Positions 25,862-39,410 of a DNA stretch of 64,000 nt are shown here, piece after piece. The position numbers were made by a program, and so were the translations under genes. Positions within the stretch are counted from its first letter, which is position 1, and each line of letters starts with the position of its first letter. The DNA is taken from contig CM120640.1 of assembly GCA_051362555.1 (NCBI GenBank), forward strand, positions 56,398,788 through 56,462,787, written 5' to 3'. Origin of the DNA: Lingula anatina. Lineage: Eukaryota; Animalia; Brachiopoda. The notes under the pieces are model-generated. The model had not been told where the DNA came from. It saw only the letters and a list, made by a program, of their open reading frames with translations, and searched no databases.

Positions 25862-28742
25862 TCACACAGATTTTGCTTCCAATCTGTCTTCATAATATTG
25901 TTTAATTTCTGGATCTTTAGGCTTGAGAATGACCCGATCTCTTAAGTTCACAACCCAGCCAGGTTGAAGTCCATAGAATACTTGCCTGGGGTCTTTCCTC
26001 AGTAATAACATTTCATTGTAAGGTACTTCTGGGAGAGAATATCCATACTTTTGTGAAAGTTCAAAACGTTCTTTCTTGATCAGATCTGGATCAGACAAAT
26101 AACCCCTGTTCTTAGGATCACTATAGTAGTCTAACAATTCCATGGGAGGGAGCTTACAGCGTGGTATAGGAACTCCCCTTTTGAAAAAAGTTACGGGATT
26201 TACCAGAGCCCGCAAACTTTCTGGGTCATAAAAACGCGTTGTGATGACACCTCCTCTACTCTCAACTGCTGCAATGGCCGCCTCACTGGCCCACTGGACC
26301 TCGATGTTTATTTGGGCTTGGAACAGATCAAAACCCTGAATGTAGAGATAATTGTAATCAACATTTAAAGATACATGTTCAGTGAGTACTCTATCAAATT
26401 ATTGCTGCTAAACCTAAACAATGCCACAATACAGCTTTCAACAGTATAATTTATCAATTCCCTGACATATCAAAAATTATATTTGCACACTTTCTGTGCT
26501 TTATGGACTGAAGGGAATATAAGTAAGTCAAATTTACAATCAGAAATAAGAAGAAAATGCAATTTTCATTTTTTTCTGGTGCTCAAGAGATTCTTATATG
26601 AATAAAGTAATTTTTCTTTAATCAACAGCTAATACCTCCAATATTTCAATGTCTCTCAGAGCATCTTCATCAGGGAATATTGGAGGTAATATATTAGCTG
26701 TCAACATTAGCTGTTGATAGAAGAAAAATTACTCTGTTCTTATAACATAACACAACTAATGAAAATCTTTTCTGATTTGCTCAAGATTATTATTATTATT
26801 ATTATTTATTTATTTATTTTTTTTTGCATGTGGATTTTGTGTGTTAGAAACTGTTAACAGTAATTTATATCCTTTACAGGACATTGATTGTCACTTCAAA
26901 CATGTCTTTAAGGATAAAGAAACATAATGAATGAATGAAGTGTGCACCAAACCATTCAGTTCTCTGGAGATGGGTGGTCAAAAATACAAATGCATGAAAT
27001 AAGAGAACTTGAAAGCAACCTTAGGGCAAAAAAAAAAGTTAATGTAAACTACATTTCCATTTTCAAAATTGTACTCTTTTCTAATTATCTTTTTCCTTGT
27101 ATATAAAAAACAATTATTCCAACCTCTTCAGTGAGATGAACTCCATAGTGCCTGAGGTCAACATCCATTTGATAGAGTTTTGTATTACACAGCACTGCTA
27201 GGTCTATGGGTTGGCTATCATCTATACGGTACAAGTCAATTGCCCTCTGGAGCTGCAGCAGGGAGAATGGAGGATATTCTTTCTTTAAGCTAGAAGGTTA
27301 AATTGATAAGTCACCATCTTGACCAAAACAAGAGTAAAACTGAAATTGATTTAGACAAAAATTTGAAATAAAAAATATATGAATTTCCAGACCAACATTT
27401 TTCTACAACTTACAATTACATAACTGCATTCTGAACTCTAAAATTCCCTTTAAATAAAAATTGACAGTCATAATTAACATTTGGTCTCAGCAAAATGAAC
27501 AGTTCCAATTTTAGGATTTCTACAACTTCACTGACTATAAAAATGCAATTAATGAGCAGGAATGTTATTTCATGACTAAATAAGTTTCAAAAACCTTTCT
27601 ACATTAAAGCAGTAAAAAAGGAAGATTAAAGAAAATGAAGATCTTCTATATTTAGTTCACAGAGCCAAATTCAAAATGTGTAAGAAAAGGGATTCAATAT
27701 TTTACAGATGCAATTCTTCAAAGTGAAAAATTACAGTAACTTACAAGTGTCCTTTGTAATACGGTTCCTTGGGTATTCTCAAATAAAATGGGGAATTTCC
27801 ACCTTCAAAACCCAAACGGGGTCGATTATTTCGTTGCCCTTGTCCTTTATTTCCTCGACCACATTTGTCGCCTCCATGCTGACCTCTCCTCATCTTAGAC
27901 TGGGAATGCACAAAGGTTCAAAGTTAAACATTTTCAAATGTTTAATTACTATCTAACTATATCGATGTGTTGATGCTTTGAGAAGATATCTTTTCCTTAT
28001 GTTTCTTAATAAATTAATTTTACCAATTTCTTTCTACTGTTTATGAGTTTAATTATGTTACACAGCATTATGAATGATCAAGAACCTGACCCCATTGGGG
28101 AGTTGTCTGTGGAAGTGTTTACCTCAGTTTTCAGCCTTACATGTAAGGCCAAAGGCTGAGGCAAATGGTACTTGTAGTGTGTACTTTAACGCATCATTGA
28201 CAAGCTTCACCTTTTAATTTATATTAAATTCAATTAACATTTGATGCACATAAAATTGAGCGCAGTAAAAAGCCATTTGTTACTGGTACTGGCAGTACCA
28301 CTCCTACTAGTCCTTGGCAATAGCAGTAGATCTATTACTAGTAGTACTAGTGTTACGTACACTTAAAATTGAGCGCAGTAAAAAGCCATTTGTTACTGGT
28401 ACTGGCAGTACCACTCCTACTAGTCCTTGGCAATAGCAGTAGATCTATTACTAGTAGTACTAGTGTTACGTACAGCTTAAGTCAAGAAGTCAAATACATG
28501 TATGATGTACTGTACTCGACATGTCCCGCTATCATACTAGGCTACCTATATTGAATGTCTACAGACGGCTACCTAATCAACTGATTTTACCTTTTACCAA
28601 TTATATTGAATAATGTTCGCAATTGCTTTAAACACACCTTTCTTCCTTTTGAAGTGTTATCTTTTACGTTCGTAATTTGTACACGAGGCATTTTCTTTAT
28701 CATGCGAATGGCCTTTTCAACGCCGCTCCACATGTTCGCCAT
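25862..28742 (-). CDS. MRPL15: Mitochondrial ribosomal protein uL15m (MRPL15), 299 aa
   Basis: Exons 28742-28638, 27899-27745, 27289-27124, 26335-25862. Motifs [51 protein letters not shown] and [20 protein letters not shown]. Confidence 0.95.
28251..28476. repeat. Near-perfect 113-bp tandem duplication in MRPL15 intron 1
   Basis: TAAAATTGAGCGCAGTAAAAAGCC...GTGTTACGTACA starts at both 28251 and 28364. Confidence 0.93.
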
Positions 28743-29390
28743 TTTGGAACAGAAGTTGCGTGCTCAAATTTAAAAGCGTTAAAATATTAAAACTCAAATT
28801 TAGAATTTAAAGCACCAGGTGCTACAAGCACAGTGAGAATGTTCCAAAATAAGTAATTTTTATTGCTATGCAAAACCCAAACTGTGACATTGTTTTATCT
28901 GGTGATATATATTTACTATCAATTTTTTAGCTTGCGCTTGAGCTGTTCAACGTTTTAGCGCCACCCTTGAAATGGAAAATTTAGGGATGACCCATGGCAC
29001 TTGATTGTTTATCTGAACGAATAATAAGATACCAGAAATAACATGAAACCATTATTGTGAATTCACGACTTGATTAATTCGATAATAACTCAATCAAAGA
29101 TAGCCAAACGTGTTGCTTGAAGTTGAAATATTTTTAATGTCAGCATATAGAAGGATATCTTATATATGTGAAACCCAAAATTTGGTGTAAACTGCAAAAC
29201 TAAAATTTAACCCTACTTTCAACCTTGATAATACAAAATTATCTCTTTTTTTTTTAATTAAGTGAAATATTCCACCTGTTTTAGAACAAGAAAAACTCCA
29301 CAGAGCCTATGGCGAATGTTTCAGACTGTTGGTTTTTTATTTTTGAAGTAAAATTTGTTTGTTTGTTTGTTTAAAGCTCCTTCACTGAAC

Positions 29391-29567
29391 GGGGCCGTAG
29401 CAATAGTCCGAAGGTTAAATAGTCCGAAGGTTCATTGGTCCGAATGTTCGCTATAGAACCTTCGGACCAATGAACCCTTGATTTAAAAAAACGATGAAAA
29501 AGTTACCATTTTTCGGACCAATATGAACCTTCGGACCAATGAACCTTCGGACTATCGAGACGCCCCC
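29391..29567. mobile_element. MITE with an 8-bp TSD (hAT- or Merlin-type) and subterminal repeats
   Basis: TSD CACTGAAC at 29383-29390 and 29568-29575. TIRs GGGGCCGTAGCAATAGTCCGAAGG and CCTTCGGACTATCGAGACGCCCC; repeated GTCCGAAGGTT units. Confidence 0.85.
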
Positions 29568-29837
29568 CACTGAACCATACCCAAGCAAATTGTAAAGATA
29601 AGCTTTCGACCAAATTTGACATCCAACAGTGAAACTGATTGTTATCTTTATATGTTATCACTTGTTTATATAACTCAGCAATCAGTACTGGCTGGGTTAA
29701 TATATATTATATTATAAATATACGTATATACGTCATGACTGGAACAGCATGTTGAGGATCTGGTAGTAGGACAGTCGGGTAACTTCTCTTTTTAAGCGCA
29801 CTTAAATTTATAATGTTAATATACAGCACATGTTGAT

Positions 29838-30083
29838 CAGCACATGTTGAAGGGGGGGGGTATAGATGCAAAGACGCCCCTCCCCCCCCCTCTTGGCATG
29901 GGATTTTGGGCACGCTGAAGGGTCTCCCAAAAATTGGTATTTTAGAGGACGAATGGTGCCATTTGGTATGGTTTAGAACTGTGATTTAGCTAGTCAAAAT
30001 TTTCATTTCAAGAGGGACCATTGCTGTGAGTGTTTTCAGAAATCAAAGGGGACTCCCCTGACACCCCCCTAAATCCGCCACTG
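29838..30083. mobile_element. Degenerate CAGTGGCGGAT-type MITE
   Basis: Ends in CCCCCTAAATCCGCCACTG and has G/C runs; same end family as the elements at 48099 and 50650. Confidence 0.5.
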
Positions 30084-30258
30084 TTAATTGTCTTCTCTTT
30101 ACTCAAGAAGATAAAACTGAATTTAGTTAATTAAAAGGACATTTTGAATTTGTCATTAGTCTAATTCAGGTATCTTTCTTTCTGCTATATTAGAGATAAA
30201 GTTTATGGGTCCTAGTTTTGTAAGAGAGGTGCATGGGAAGGATCACTAAAATAAAACC

Positions 30259-33200
30259 ATGCAGCAGGACTCTACAACTCACGGAAATGGATCAACGGCG
30301 ATTGATGCCAGGTTCTCTGCAAGCTTTAAATTACCACAGTGTGAGCACCAAAAATCTTTATGTCATATTTCAAAAGCACAATTTTGTTTTTGGTTTGGTA
30401 TCCTTTAGATTCATTTAAAATTTCATATCATTCCAGAACTATAGATTTTAACTTGTATTATGATTCAACTGCATAACATTCAGTCAATGAAATAAGTAAT
30501 TGTCTCCAAAAAACACTTTACCTACCAATATTTATTGAACATGATGATACATTTACTAACATTTTAGTGATGATAATCACTTACTTTGGAACAAAATATT
30601 TGTGACTCAGATAAGTTGGCAATTTTGGTTCACAGGTCTACCCACAGCCAATGACATATGTACATGTTTCATTCCAGGTAAAATGTTAGTAAATAGAAAT
30701 CCCCTGGATGAACAATAATGTTTATTATTAATGTTATGTGTGTGTGTGTCTTTTTTTTTCAGCAAATGTGACAAGGAATGATTTTTCCAGCCTTGCACAG
30801 TCCATTGGAAACAATACTCAAAAAATTTCATACAACAGTAAGAAACTCGCTCTATCATCAAATTTGTTTTCTTTTATTTATCTTACTCTGTTACTCAGTC
30901 TATATTATCCATCATCACCTTTTATGATGCATTACGCAATTCTGATATTTTCATTCAGCTACATTTAAAGCAAATATTGAGAAAATATATATGAATATGC
31001 CATAGATGATGACTGCATGATAGTGTATAAAGTGCATTGCATTAGGTGACATCATTTCATTGACCCAATGTTGATTTGTCCAATATCATAGTTACTCGTA
31101 TTGTTTCAGCCACACAGCTTAGAAAATATGTTGATCAGCTGGGCACTGAGGCTGATACTGAGCGCATGCGGGAGAAACTGTAGGTTTAATCTCTTTATAT
31201 ATCAAAGGTGGAGAAAACATTCTATTGTCCATAGGAAAATCTTTTCTGTATGCGGTGTTTTTAATAACTGGATTACAGCAAATTTAATAATGTTACATCT
31301 GTATCAATTATTTAATAAACCTTCACTATCATTTGCATCATGTATTTATTTAAAAAGATAATAATTAAGCACTCATTTGAAAAAAAAGTAAGAGTTTCTT
31401 CAAATTTGCAGACACCGACTTCAAAATGTTAATAACCAGCTGGCCAAAGACACAAACGAGATCTTTAAACAAATCAGTGACCTCCCAGTTGGTGACCAGA
31501 AAGAACAGGTTGTCAATTGATAGGCCCTATAGATTTAAAAAAAGACACAATTGTGGTATATGGTAATTATATTAGAGATAAAGGTTTTCCAAAGTAAAAT
31601 GGCACTACATTCTAAGATAAAAGGAAAAAAGGATGAATTGAAATTGACCCTGTATTCAATCAGTTATCTTGTATTGAGACTATGCTTGATTCTCATTGAT
31701 TATATTATTACTTTCTTATTTAGCAACACAGGAAAATTCACATAAGAAGATTAAAAGAGGAGTTTTCAGCTGTTTTGCAAGAATTTCAAAAATTACAAAG
31801 GGAAGCCACAGGAAAAGAGAAAGAAAGTGTAGCAAGAGCAAGAGTAAATTCTGACTTTGGGCCAGTAAATAATTTTTTACCTTTCAACCAGTCCTTTTTA
31901 ATATATGATAATTAAGATCTGAATGATCTGAAATATGTCTTAAAATATGGCACTCTAAGCCAGCTTGTTAACATACCAGTGCATCACTGATGTATTTCTT
32001 GTAGTCTGGCCTATAGCTAATACAGGCCTTATAAACAGATTAGGTGTTTACTAACACAACCTGCAGATATTTTAGCACCAACAACCACCAAACCCACAAA
32101 TTAACCAGCACTACCATAGCGGTTGAATGTTAGTGCTAGGTATCACTCTGTTAGTGCTAAATAATTTACTGTGTTGGTTAATTCATCGTTAATATGGGCG
32201 TTAAGATCTGTGGGTAGTGTTACTGTAGTAAACGCCTAATCCGTTTATAAATTAAGCCTGTTAAATACCAAGACAATTATGTTACTAGTTGGTTATTAGT
32301 CAACTACTAGTTGATTGTTCTCGTGTTATCCATGTACTGTTGATTTCTTTTTAAAGATGTTACACCTTCTATCATTGGTTTGCCAGTTTATTCATTTGCT
32401 TATCTTTTTTTCACATTTGTTCATGTGCAAATAGTCATCAATAACATGGAGCTATGCACCAGATGTGCCAGGTATACAGTAAGTTATTTACAATCATTTT
32501 TAAAGACATATTTCCTTAATTGATTATCAATGCTTATAAAGTGATGAAAAAATTCATGCAGTTACAAAGATGATAAAAAAGGAAAATAAATGAATGTAAT
32601 AGTTTACAGCTGTAGTTTAATTTAAATTATTATTTACTTATAGTAGCAGTCCCCCAAGCACTAAGGACAGTTCACTACAACAAACTCAGCAACAAGTGTA
32701 TGAAATAGAAGAAAGTGTTGATCTTGCAATTATTGAGGAGAGGGAAAAGGGAATTCAGCAGCTAGAGGTGTTTATTTTATTTTATTTTATGGTGTATTAA
32801 CACTTCTATTTAATGTATATTTATTTTATGATTATTTATATTTATATATTTGTTTTAGTACTGGACATATCATGACAAATAAAAAAATGTATTGAACTTT
32901 TATATACAAAAGTCAAAATTTCATAGAATTATAATACATGTAGGTATATATTGGGTATTTTTTTAATCAGTACTTTGAACCTTTTTAATCTATCCAATAT
33001 ATATATATATATATATTATCCGCCAAGGAGGTTATGTTTTCACTCTCGGAGTGCTTTTCTAGTTATTTATTAATTTATTTATCCCTGTTTGTTTGTTTTT
33101 TTTTTTTGTTTTGTTTTTTTTTTTACCACCAGAAAGACATAAATGACATAAATGAAATATTCAGAGACCTGGCTCAGATGGTAAATGAGCAAGGAGAACA

Positions 33201-33435
33201 GATAGGTAAATTTTTCAAACCTTAAATAATGATGAAAAATTAATTGGCAAATATTTTAAAGAGAAGCAGTTGGCTTTAGTAGATACTTTTCATCATGACT
33301 GATGTTAATTATTATTCAAACAGTTTAGCAACATGTTGGCTATTTGCTAAAGGTGATTCTTAGATGCTTTTACCGTGCTAAATTTTTAATGAATATCATT
33401 TTTTTATTTTAAGAGAATCCTTTTTTTATTTTATT

Positions 33436-33482
<47 letters not shown>

Positions 33483-33905
33483 TTATTTTTTTATGTAGAT
33501 GTTATAGAAGAAAATGTGATTGCAGCGGCTGATAATGTAGAGGAAGGGGTAAAAGAGCTAAAAGAGGCCCAGTCCTTACAGGTACATTGTGGTGTGTTTG
33601 CAAGTTTTTATTGATTCAGATTTTGTTTACATTTCTTGTACATTTTTGTCTCTCCATTTAATCCACCCTTCCATCAATTTTACTGAAAATTGATTGGTTT
33701 TTTTTATTAATTCACATGCAAATATTTCAGAAGCTGTTAAATCCATTTAATATAATGACTATACATTTTACATATTTTCTTTCGTTTTGTATTTCAGGAG
33801 AAACTCCGAGCTAAGAAGTGTTGCATTATCATTACTTTAATCATAGTTCTGATAGCTGTAACGTTGGCAGTAGTTTTACCAATATTATTAACAAAAAAGA
33901 AATAA
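30259..33905 (+). CDS. Syntaxin-7/12-like Qa-SNARE, divergent paralog A, about 298 aa
   Basis: Exons 30259-30340 (first exon inferred), 30763-30837, 31110-31179, 31412-31508, 31724-31864, 32435-32478, 32644-32767, 33133-33205, 33499-33581, 33798-33905. SNARE motif INEIFRDLAQMVNEQGEQIDVIEENV and a TM segment KKCCIIITLIIVLIAVTLAVVLPILL. Confidence 0.85.
32022..32261. mobile_element. Foldback MITE in a syntaxin A intron
   Basis: ACAGGCCTTATAAACAGATTAGGTGTTTACTA pairs with TAGTAAACGCCTAATCCGTTTATAAATTAAGCCTGT. Confidence 0.7.
33015..33060 (+). mobile_element. Short 5' fragment of a Helentron/HINE-like element
   Basis: TTATCCGCCAAGGAGGTTATGTTTTCAC resembles a commonly seen HINE-type 5' end. Confidence 0.4.
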
Positions 33906-34580
33906 ATTTTATATACACACTGGCACTTAATTTCTGAATGTGCTTTGTGTTTGACATGAAATAGGAAGTTATAAATGGAAAATTCTTCATTTTACCCAAG
34001 AATGATTAGTGCAAGTGTGAACTCAATTTTTTTTTTATTTGGACATAGTTTGAAAGCACAAATGGGCCTTAAAAATTGCCCCTTCCAATTAAAGATAAGT
34101 CATTAGTTATCTATATTTTTTTTTCTTTTTCCATCTGTTTCAACCTTTTTAGGAGGGGCAGTTTACAAGTGATTTTTAGCTTTTTATATAGTTAAAATAG
34201 TAATAATCTATGTACAAAAGAATTAATTAATATATGCATAATGCATGTTATCTGTCCCATGAAAAGAATTATATATTGTTTAAACATTACGACTAGGATG
34301 AATAAAATTTACAAACCAAATTCTTCAAGTCCTTGAGTTTGAGCTTTTTTGTAAATTATTCTGTCTTTTCGTTTGTGTATCTGCTTGAATACCTATATTT
34401 ATTTATTTATATATTTATTTATGAAATATGCCAGGTTATTATTATTTTTATTTTTTTTTCTGAAAGAAACTAAAAATATTTTTAAGAATATGGCAGTTTT
34501 CATTAAAATTTTATAATATTCATTCAAATTCGTTTCAATTTGAAAAGGTGAAATTCTTTTTTTTTAATAAGACTGATGCG

Positions 34581-34583
<3 letters not shown>

Positions 34584-34634
<51 letters not shown>
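34584..34634. repeat. Poly-T tract of about 50 nt
   Basis: Homopolymer immediately upstream of the syntaxin B promoter. Confidence 0.9.
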
Positions 34635-34636
<2 letters not shown>

Positions 34637-34670
34637 CCGCCTTGGTTTTGTCTCATCTTGAAGGTAAGGA

Positions 34671-34685
34671 TGACGTCACTTCCTG
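34671..34685 (+). promoter_or_regulatory. Overlapping CRE-ETS composite in the syntaxin B promoter
   Basis: TGACGTCACTTCCTG, with a candidate non-coding first-exon donor AAG|GTAGG near 34712. Confidence 0.55.
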
Positions 34686-35322
34686 AAATGGTCTGATCAC
34701 AGGAGGCTGAAGGTAGGCGGAACAAACGTTTTATCATAAGATTTTGATATTTCTGGTATGTGATTACAGATGTTTTTCTATATCAGTGCATGAATCGGCA
34801 CACGTCTTGTTACTGAAATGTAAATATTCGTTCGTTATCTAGCTCTGGTCAATTATTATTATTATTAAATGACAAGCTCAACTTCACGTACCTTAGAATC
34901 TATCTGCTGGTGTTCGCACTGTGTTATATTGTCAAATTAGTGTACGCTGTTACCGTACTGACGTCGTTATCATTTCTAACGAAATAGAAAAACAATTGCA
35001 GTGACTGTCTCGCCCTTATTGTTAATCTATTTTAGTATGACCATGTGGTGAAGTATTAAAATGGAAATGATGTCATCATCATAGCTAGTGAAAGTGGCTT
35101 TCTATAGATCTACTGTACATGTATTATTATTAATAATCGTACTGGGAGCTAGGAATGGGATATAGTTTAATTGAGACAGGATTATGAAAAATGTTTTACA
35201 ATAAATTGTAAGGATCTTTATTTCTATAGTATAAACACAGATGGTCTGTTTTAATCCTTTAAATTGTATGTTAAAGGTAGAAGAAATATAGATAAAAGGA
35301 TACAAAGCAATCAGCATTCCAG

Positions 35323-38300
35323 ATGGCTGCATCATATGGCAGAGGGACAGGGGGCTTTGAGTCCTACCAAGGAGGGGGAGGAGGTGGATGTAAGTTGATT
35401 CTTTCATGGTTAATTTTTCATAGCTGTAAGGTGCCAGTTTATATCCTATTTAATTGTTGTACAATTTCCCAAGTTTTTTTCCATTTGTTTTGTAAAGATA
35501 GATAATCATCTTGTTTTGCAAAACTATAGATCTACAGTGTGATAAATGTCATTTGTTTCAGTTTTCATTTCACAAGTTTTCAATGTGAAATTATTTTTAC
35601 TTCCAGATGGAAATGACTACATGCGACTTACACAGAGCATCAGTAACAATATTCAGAAAATATCAAATAATGGTAAGTTTTTTTCCCACATGTTATATTT
35701 TCAGAAATTCTGGATTTATGCAATGGATATAGATTCTGAATTGTAGGATGGCAGTTTTAATAAGAAGTGTTTTATAAAGACTCAGATGGGTGCAAAACTC
35801 ATATTAAAGTTTCAGGTGCTCCTTAATTGCACAATACAGCACAAATTAGCGCAACACAGCCCAATACACTTGAAAAACAAATGCAGTTGCAATTTAACAA
35901 AGAAAGCGATCTTTCCCGGCAAAATAGGGTGATATAAAAGCTGAATATTTGACTAGATTATTAATATCCTTTATATAACTTAACATGTGGGCACAAATTC
36001 TATATCGTCGGGTCGGCAGCCCTGTTGGTTTGTGGCTCTTCTTGACAATTTTTCCGGCCAAGAAGAGCCATTAGCTAACATGGTGGCTGACCCGAAGATG
36101 TAGAAGTTGTGCTGATTTGTTAAGTTACATCAATGTTATTAATTATTTAGTAATATATTTCACTCTTATATCACCCTATCTTATTAGGAATAACCGTTTC
36201 CTGTGATTATTGTGACTGAACCCTTTTTATTTTCAAGTGTATTTTGCTGTTTTGTTCTGTATTGCACAATTTAGGGATATCCTAAAGTTTCTATTGTTGG
36301 GTATAAAGGTTTTATTTACTTGAATACCTAAACAGTGTGTCAAATGTTTGGTACATATATCTTAATGATTGAAATAGTTATGTTAAAATAGTTATGTTAA
36401 AATAGTTCCAAATATTAACCATAAGAATTGGTATTGGAACTAAATGCTATGATTTAATCTTTAGTAAAGAACATACGAAGGATGGTTAATCAAATTGGAA
36501 CACCACAAGATTCAGATCAGCTCCGAGATCGTCTGTAAGTTCTTTAGTTTGTACTAGCTAGCTTTCAGTGCCATTGGTATTTCTAATTATTGTACTTTAT
36601 AATGTTTATATGAAATAAAATTTAACCTGTATTTGAATAATATAACAACATGAAGGATTTGAAAAACAGTTTGAGTTGTATAGTTGTGAACTAACTTGCG
36701 TCATTTCAGTCATGAAAGTCAACATCAGACGAATGATTTGGCAAAAAGCACTACACAATATTTCAAAGATATTAGTCATCTGCCAGTGTCATCAAATCAG
36801 TCAGATCAGGTATATTGTTGCCATTTAGATGTTCACCATTGTTGCATTGTTTAGTAAATAAGAAGTATGTATAATAGAAGAAGGAAATTTCCAAAATTTG
36901 GATTTGTTTATTTGGTTACATTGCATTAGTTGAAAAAATATATATTTGAATTTTAAAGCAGAAACATATATAAAAAATAAAATTTGAAGAGCATGGACAC
37001 ACAAAATACAGATATTTTAGACAGCTGATTATTTTTGTTTCAGCGTCAAAGAAAAATGCAAAGGGAACGCTTAATGGAGGATTTCACGTCACTGTTAAAT
37101 GAATTTCAAACATTGCAAAGGGAAGCTGCAAATAAAGAAAAAGCCAGTGTTCGGCGTGCAAGAGCTGCTTCTGGACATGATGTAAGTTTTTTGAAAGTTT
37201 ACAATCAAGCAGTATGTATACTTTTGTGTTGTTAAGACAATCATACAAATGTGAATGATTTGAATAATCAATTAAATGTCTTTCCTTTGTTGCTTTGTAG
37301 TCTGCATTTTTAGAAGGTCCACGAGAGCAACAAATTATAGATATTGGTGGAGGACCTCCTAGGTAAGGTGCAATATTTGATGATACATTTGTATTTACTT
37401 CTCTGTGCACTGTGTCTGGGATCATAATGATTACATAATTTCAATGTGGAAATGGGTGTATGGTAGGCTGAATTGTAAATTTGTAATTTTCTTTATTTAT
37501 ACATACTTTTTTTAAAAGATGTGTTGTCATTTCTTAATTTATTTTTCTTTTTTGTTGAATGAAATTGTGCACAATGGATTAATTAGATAACTTTAATGCC
37601 ATTAAGGCAGAAGAATAAAGACATAAAGATTTTTTTCTTTTGTAGTAGACAGCAAACACTGCAAATGGAAGAAGATGTGGACCTTCAGTTAATTCAGGAA
37701 AGAGAAACTGCCATTAAACAACTTGAGGTAAAGACTAATATTGGCAAAATGATAAATCTCAAAATAAGATCTTTTCTGTGTATTGTGCTGAAAGATAGGA
37801 AAATACTTAAAAGGGAGATTTTAGAATGGAATGACAGTATGATTTTTCTAAACTTCAGAGTGACATAATGGATGTCAACCAGATTTTCAAGGACCTTGGT
37901 ATGCTGGTTCATGAACAAGGAGAAGTAATTGGTAAGCTGTTACATGGTTGTATATAATCTATAAAATTTCATTTACAACTGAACATGTTTGATATGAGAG
38001 AAAAATTTTTTATGTCAACCCCTTATGTTTTACTCCCTATACAATTAGGAAAATGTTATATTTCTGTCATGTAGATCTGTAGAATTTAACACTCTTTTTA
38101 GGATGTTTAGCCTTCTTCAAAATTGAAAAAATAAAAAATTAAAAAATGAGTTTTCACATTACTCTACAGATAGTATAGAGGCCAATGTAGAATCTGCTCA
38201 GATCCAAGTAGAAGCAGGAACAGAACAACTGGCAAAAGCAAGAGATTACCAGGTACAGTATGTTAAAGATTTTCCTTCATATTCTGGCTCTTTTTTTTTA

Positions 38301-39312
38301 AGCATAACTGCTTAATTTTACCAAGTGTCCATCTTGTGCATGGTTAAAGATTTTAAAGGCATGCATTTGGGAGTGGGTGGCAGGTAGGTCTTAATAATTT
38401 ATTGCCCTGTCTTTTGTAAAATTGGTGATGTTCAAATTTTAGAAAAATATATTTTTTAAACTTTGCTTTGTTTGTTTTGTTTAGTTGTTTAGTGGCCCTG
38501 TTTATCCCTGCATTTTTGTGATAAAAGTCAGGGATCATGTTATCCTGACCGTCTGTACAACTGTGCATTAGAAATTTCAGCCATCTCCTACTAGATCATT
38601 GGAGTAAAGAAGTTTACACCTTGGGGATTGATAGACCTGTCATATCAGGGATGTGCATGGGCACTAAGGAATTTTAGTGTGCGTGGGGGTTGGTTTGTCC
38701 CTGGGTGGTAGTTAATTCTTTTCAAATTATCATTGCTGCTATCTTTTCCTAGACCACCAGTGAGGAAGTTTTAAGGGGATTGATAGACCTATTATCAGGG
38801 ATGCACATGGTCACTAAGAATTATTGTGTGCCTAGGGGTTTTTGGGCTGTCCCGGGGGGGGGGGGGGATTCTAAATTCTTTTTACATTGCATTTTCTGCT
38901 AACCCTCCCTAGACCATTAGAGTGAAGAAGTTAAAACTTTTGAGAATGATAGACTTATCATCAGGGATGTGGATGGGCCAGTTATAATTTATGTGTGCCT
39001 GATATTGGGCTGTTATTATGAAGATAAAGCATCTAGGCATTGTCATTCATACATGTATCAAGGGAATGGGGTCCCTGAAGGTAAACTACTCTCTACAAGT
39101 GGGGAAGTGCAGGGATATGCAATGACTACCAGTCAACACTATCTATGATCTATTTTACATCTGCTTCTTGGTATTCATTTTTATTCCTTTCAATTGTCTT
39201 ATTTCAGTCCAAAGCAAGAAGGAAGAAATGTTGTCTGATTACAATATTAATAGTTGTTCTAGCTGTGATAGCTTTAATCATTGGTCTTTCTGTGGGACTA
39301 AAAAACAAATAG
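35323..39312 (+). CDS. STX7: Syntaxin-7/12-like Qa-SNARE, conserved paralog B, isoform 1 (281 aa)
   Basis: Exons 35323-35389, 35607-35672, 36465-36534, 36710-36809, 37044-37181, 37301-37362, 37646-37727, 37859-37931, 38170-38252, 39208-39312. [42 protein letters not shown]; TM exon [29 protein letters not shown]. Confidence 0.92.
35812..36286. mobile_element. Long foldback (palindromic) element of about 475 bp in syntaxin B intron 2
   Basis: Arm pairs: AATACACTTGAAAA/TTTTCAAGTGTATT, ATAGGGTGATATAA/TTATATCACCCTAT, TAACTTAACA/TGTTAAGTTA, TCGGGTC/GACCCGA and TGGCTCTTCTTG/CAAGAAGAGCCA around a short loop near 36050. Confidence 0.85.
38501..39140 (+). mobile_element. Helentron-associated non-autonomous element (HINE/pearl-like) with an internal ~160-bp tandem array
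   Basis: Subterminal inverted repeats TATCCCTGCA (38503) and TGCAGGGATA (39108), 5' inverted repeat CAGGGAT (38529), a CCGTCTGT remnant, three diverged ~160-bp monomers (CTAGA...GAAGTT...TGATAGAC...TCAGGGATG), and a 3' hairpin TGACTACCAGTCA. Confidence 0.75.
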
Positions 39313-39367
39313 GATGGCTGTTATCTGTTACAGTAGGTCTGTTTTATTATTATTATTATCATTATTC

Positions 39368-39410
<43 letters not shown>

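Noticed and set aside
29400-29560. CRISPR-like short repeats
   Set aside because: Eukaryotic context, no unique spacers, and the repeats are inverted inside a TSD-flanked MITE.
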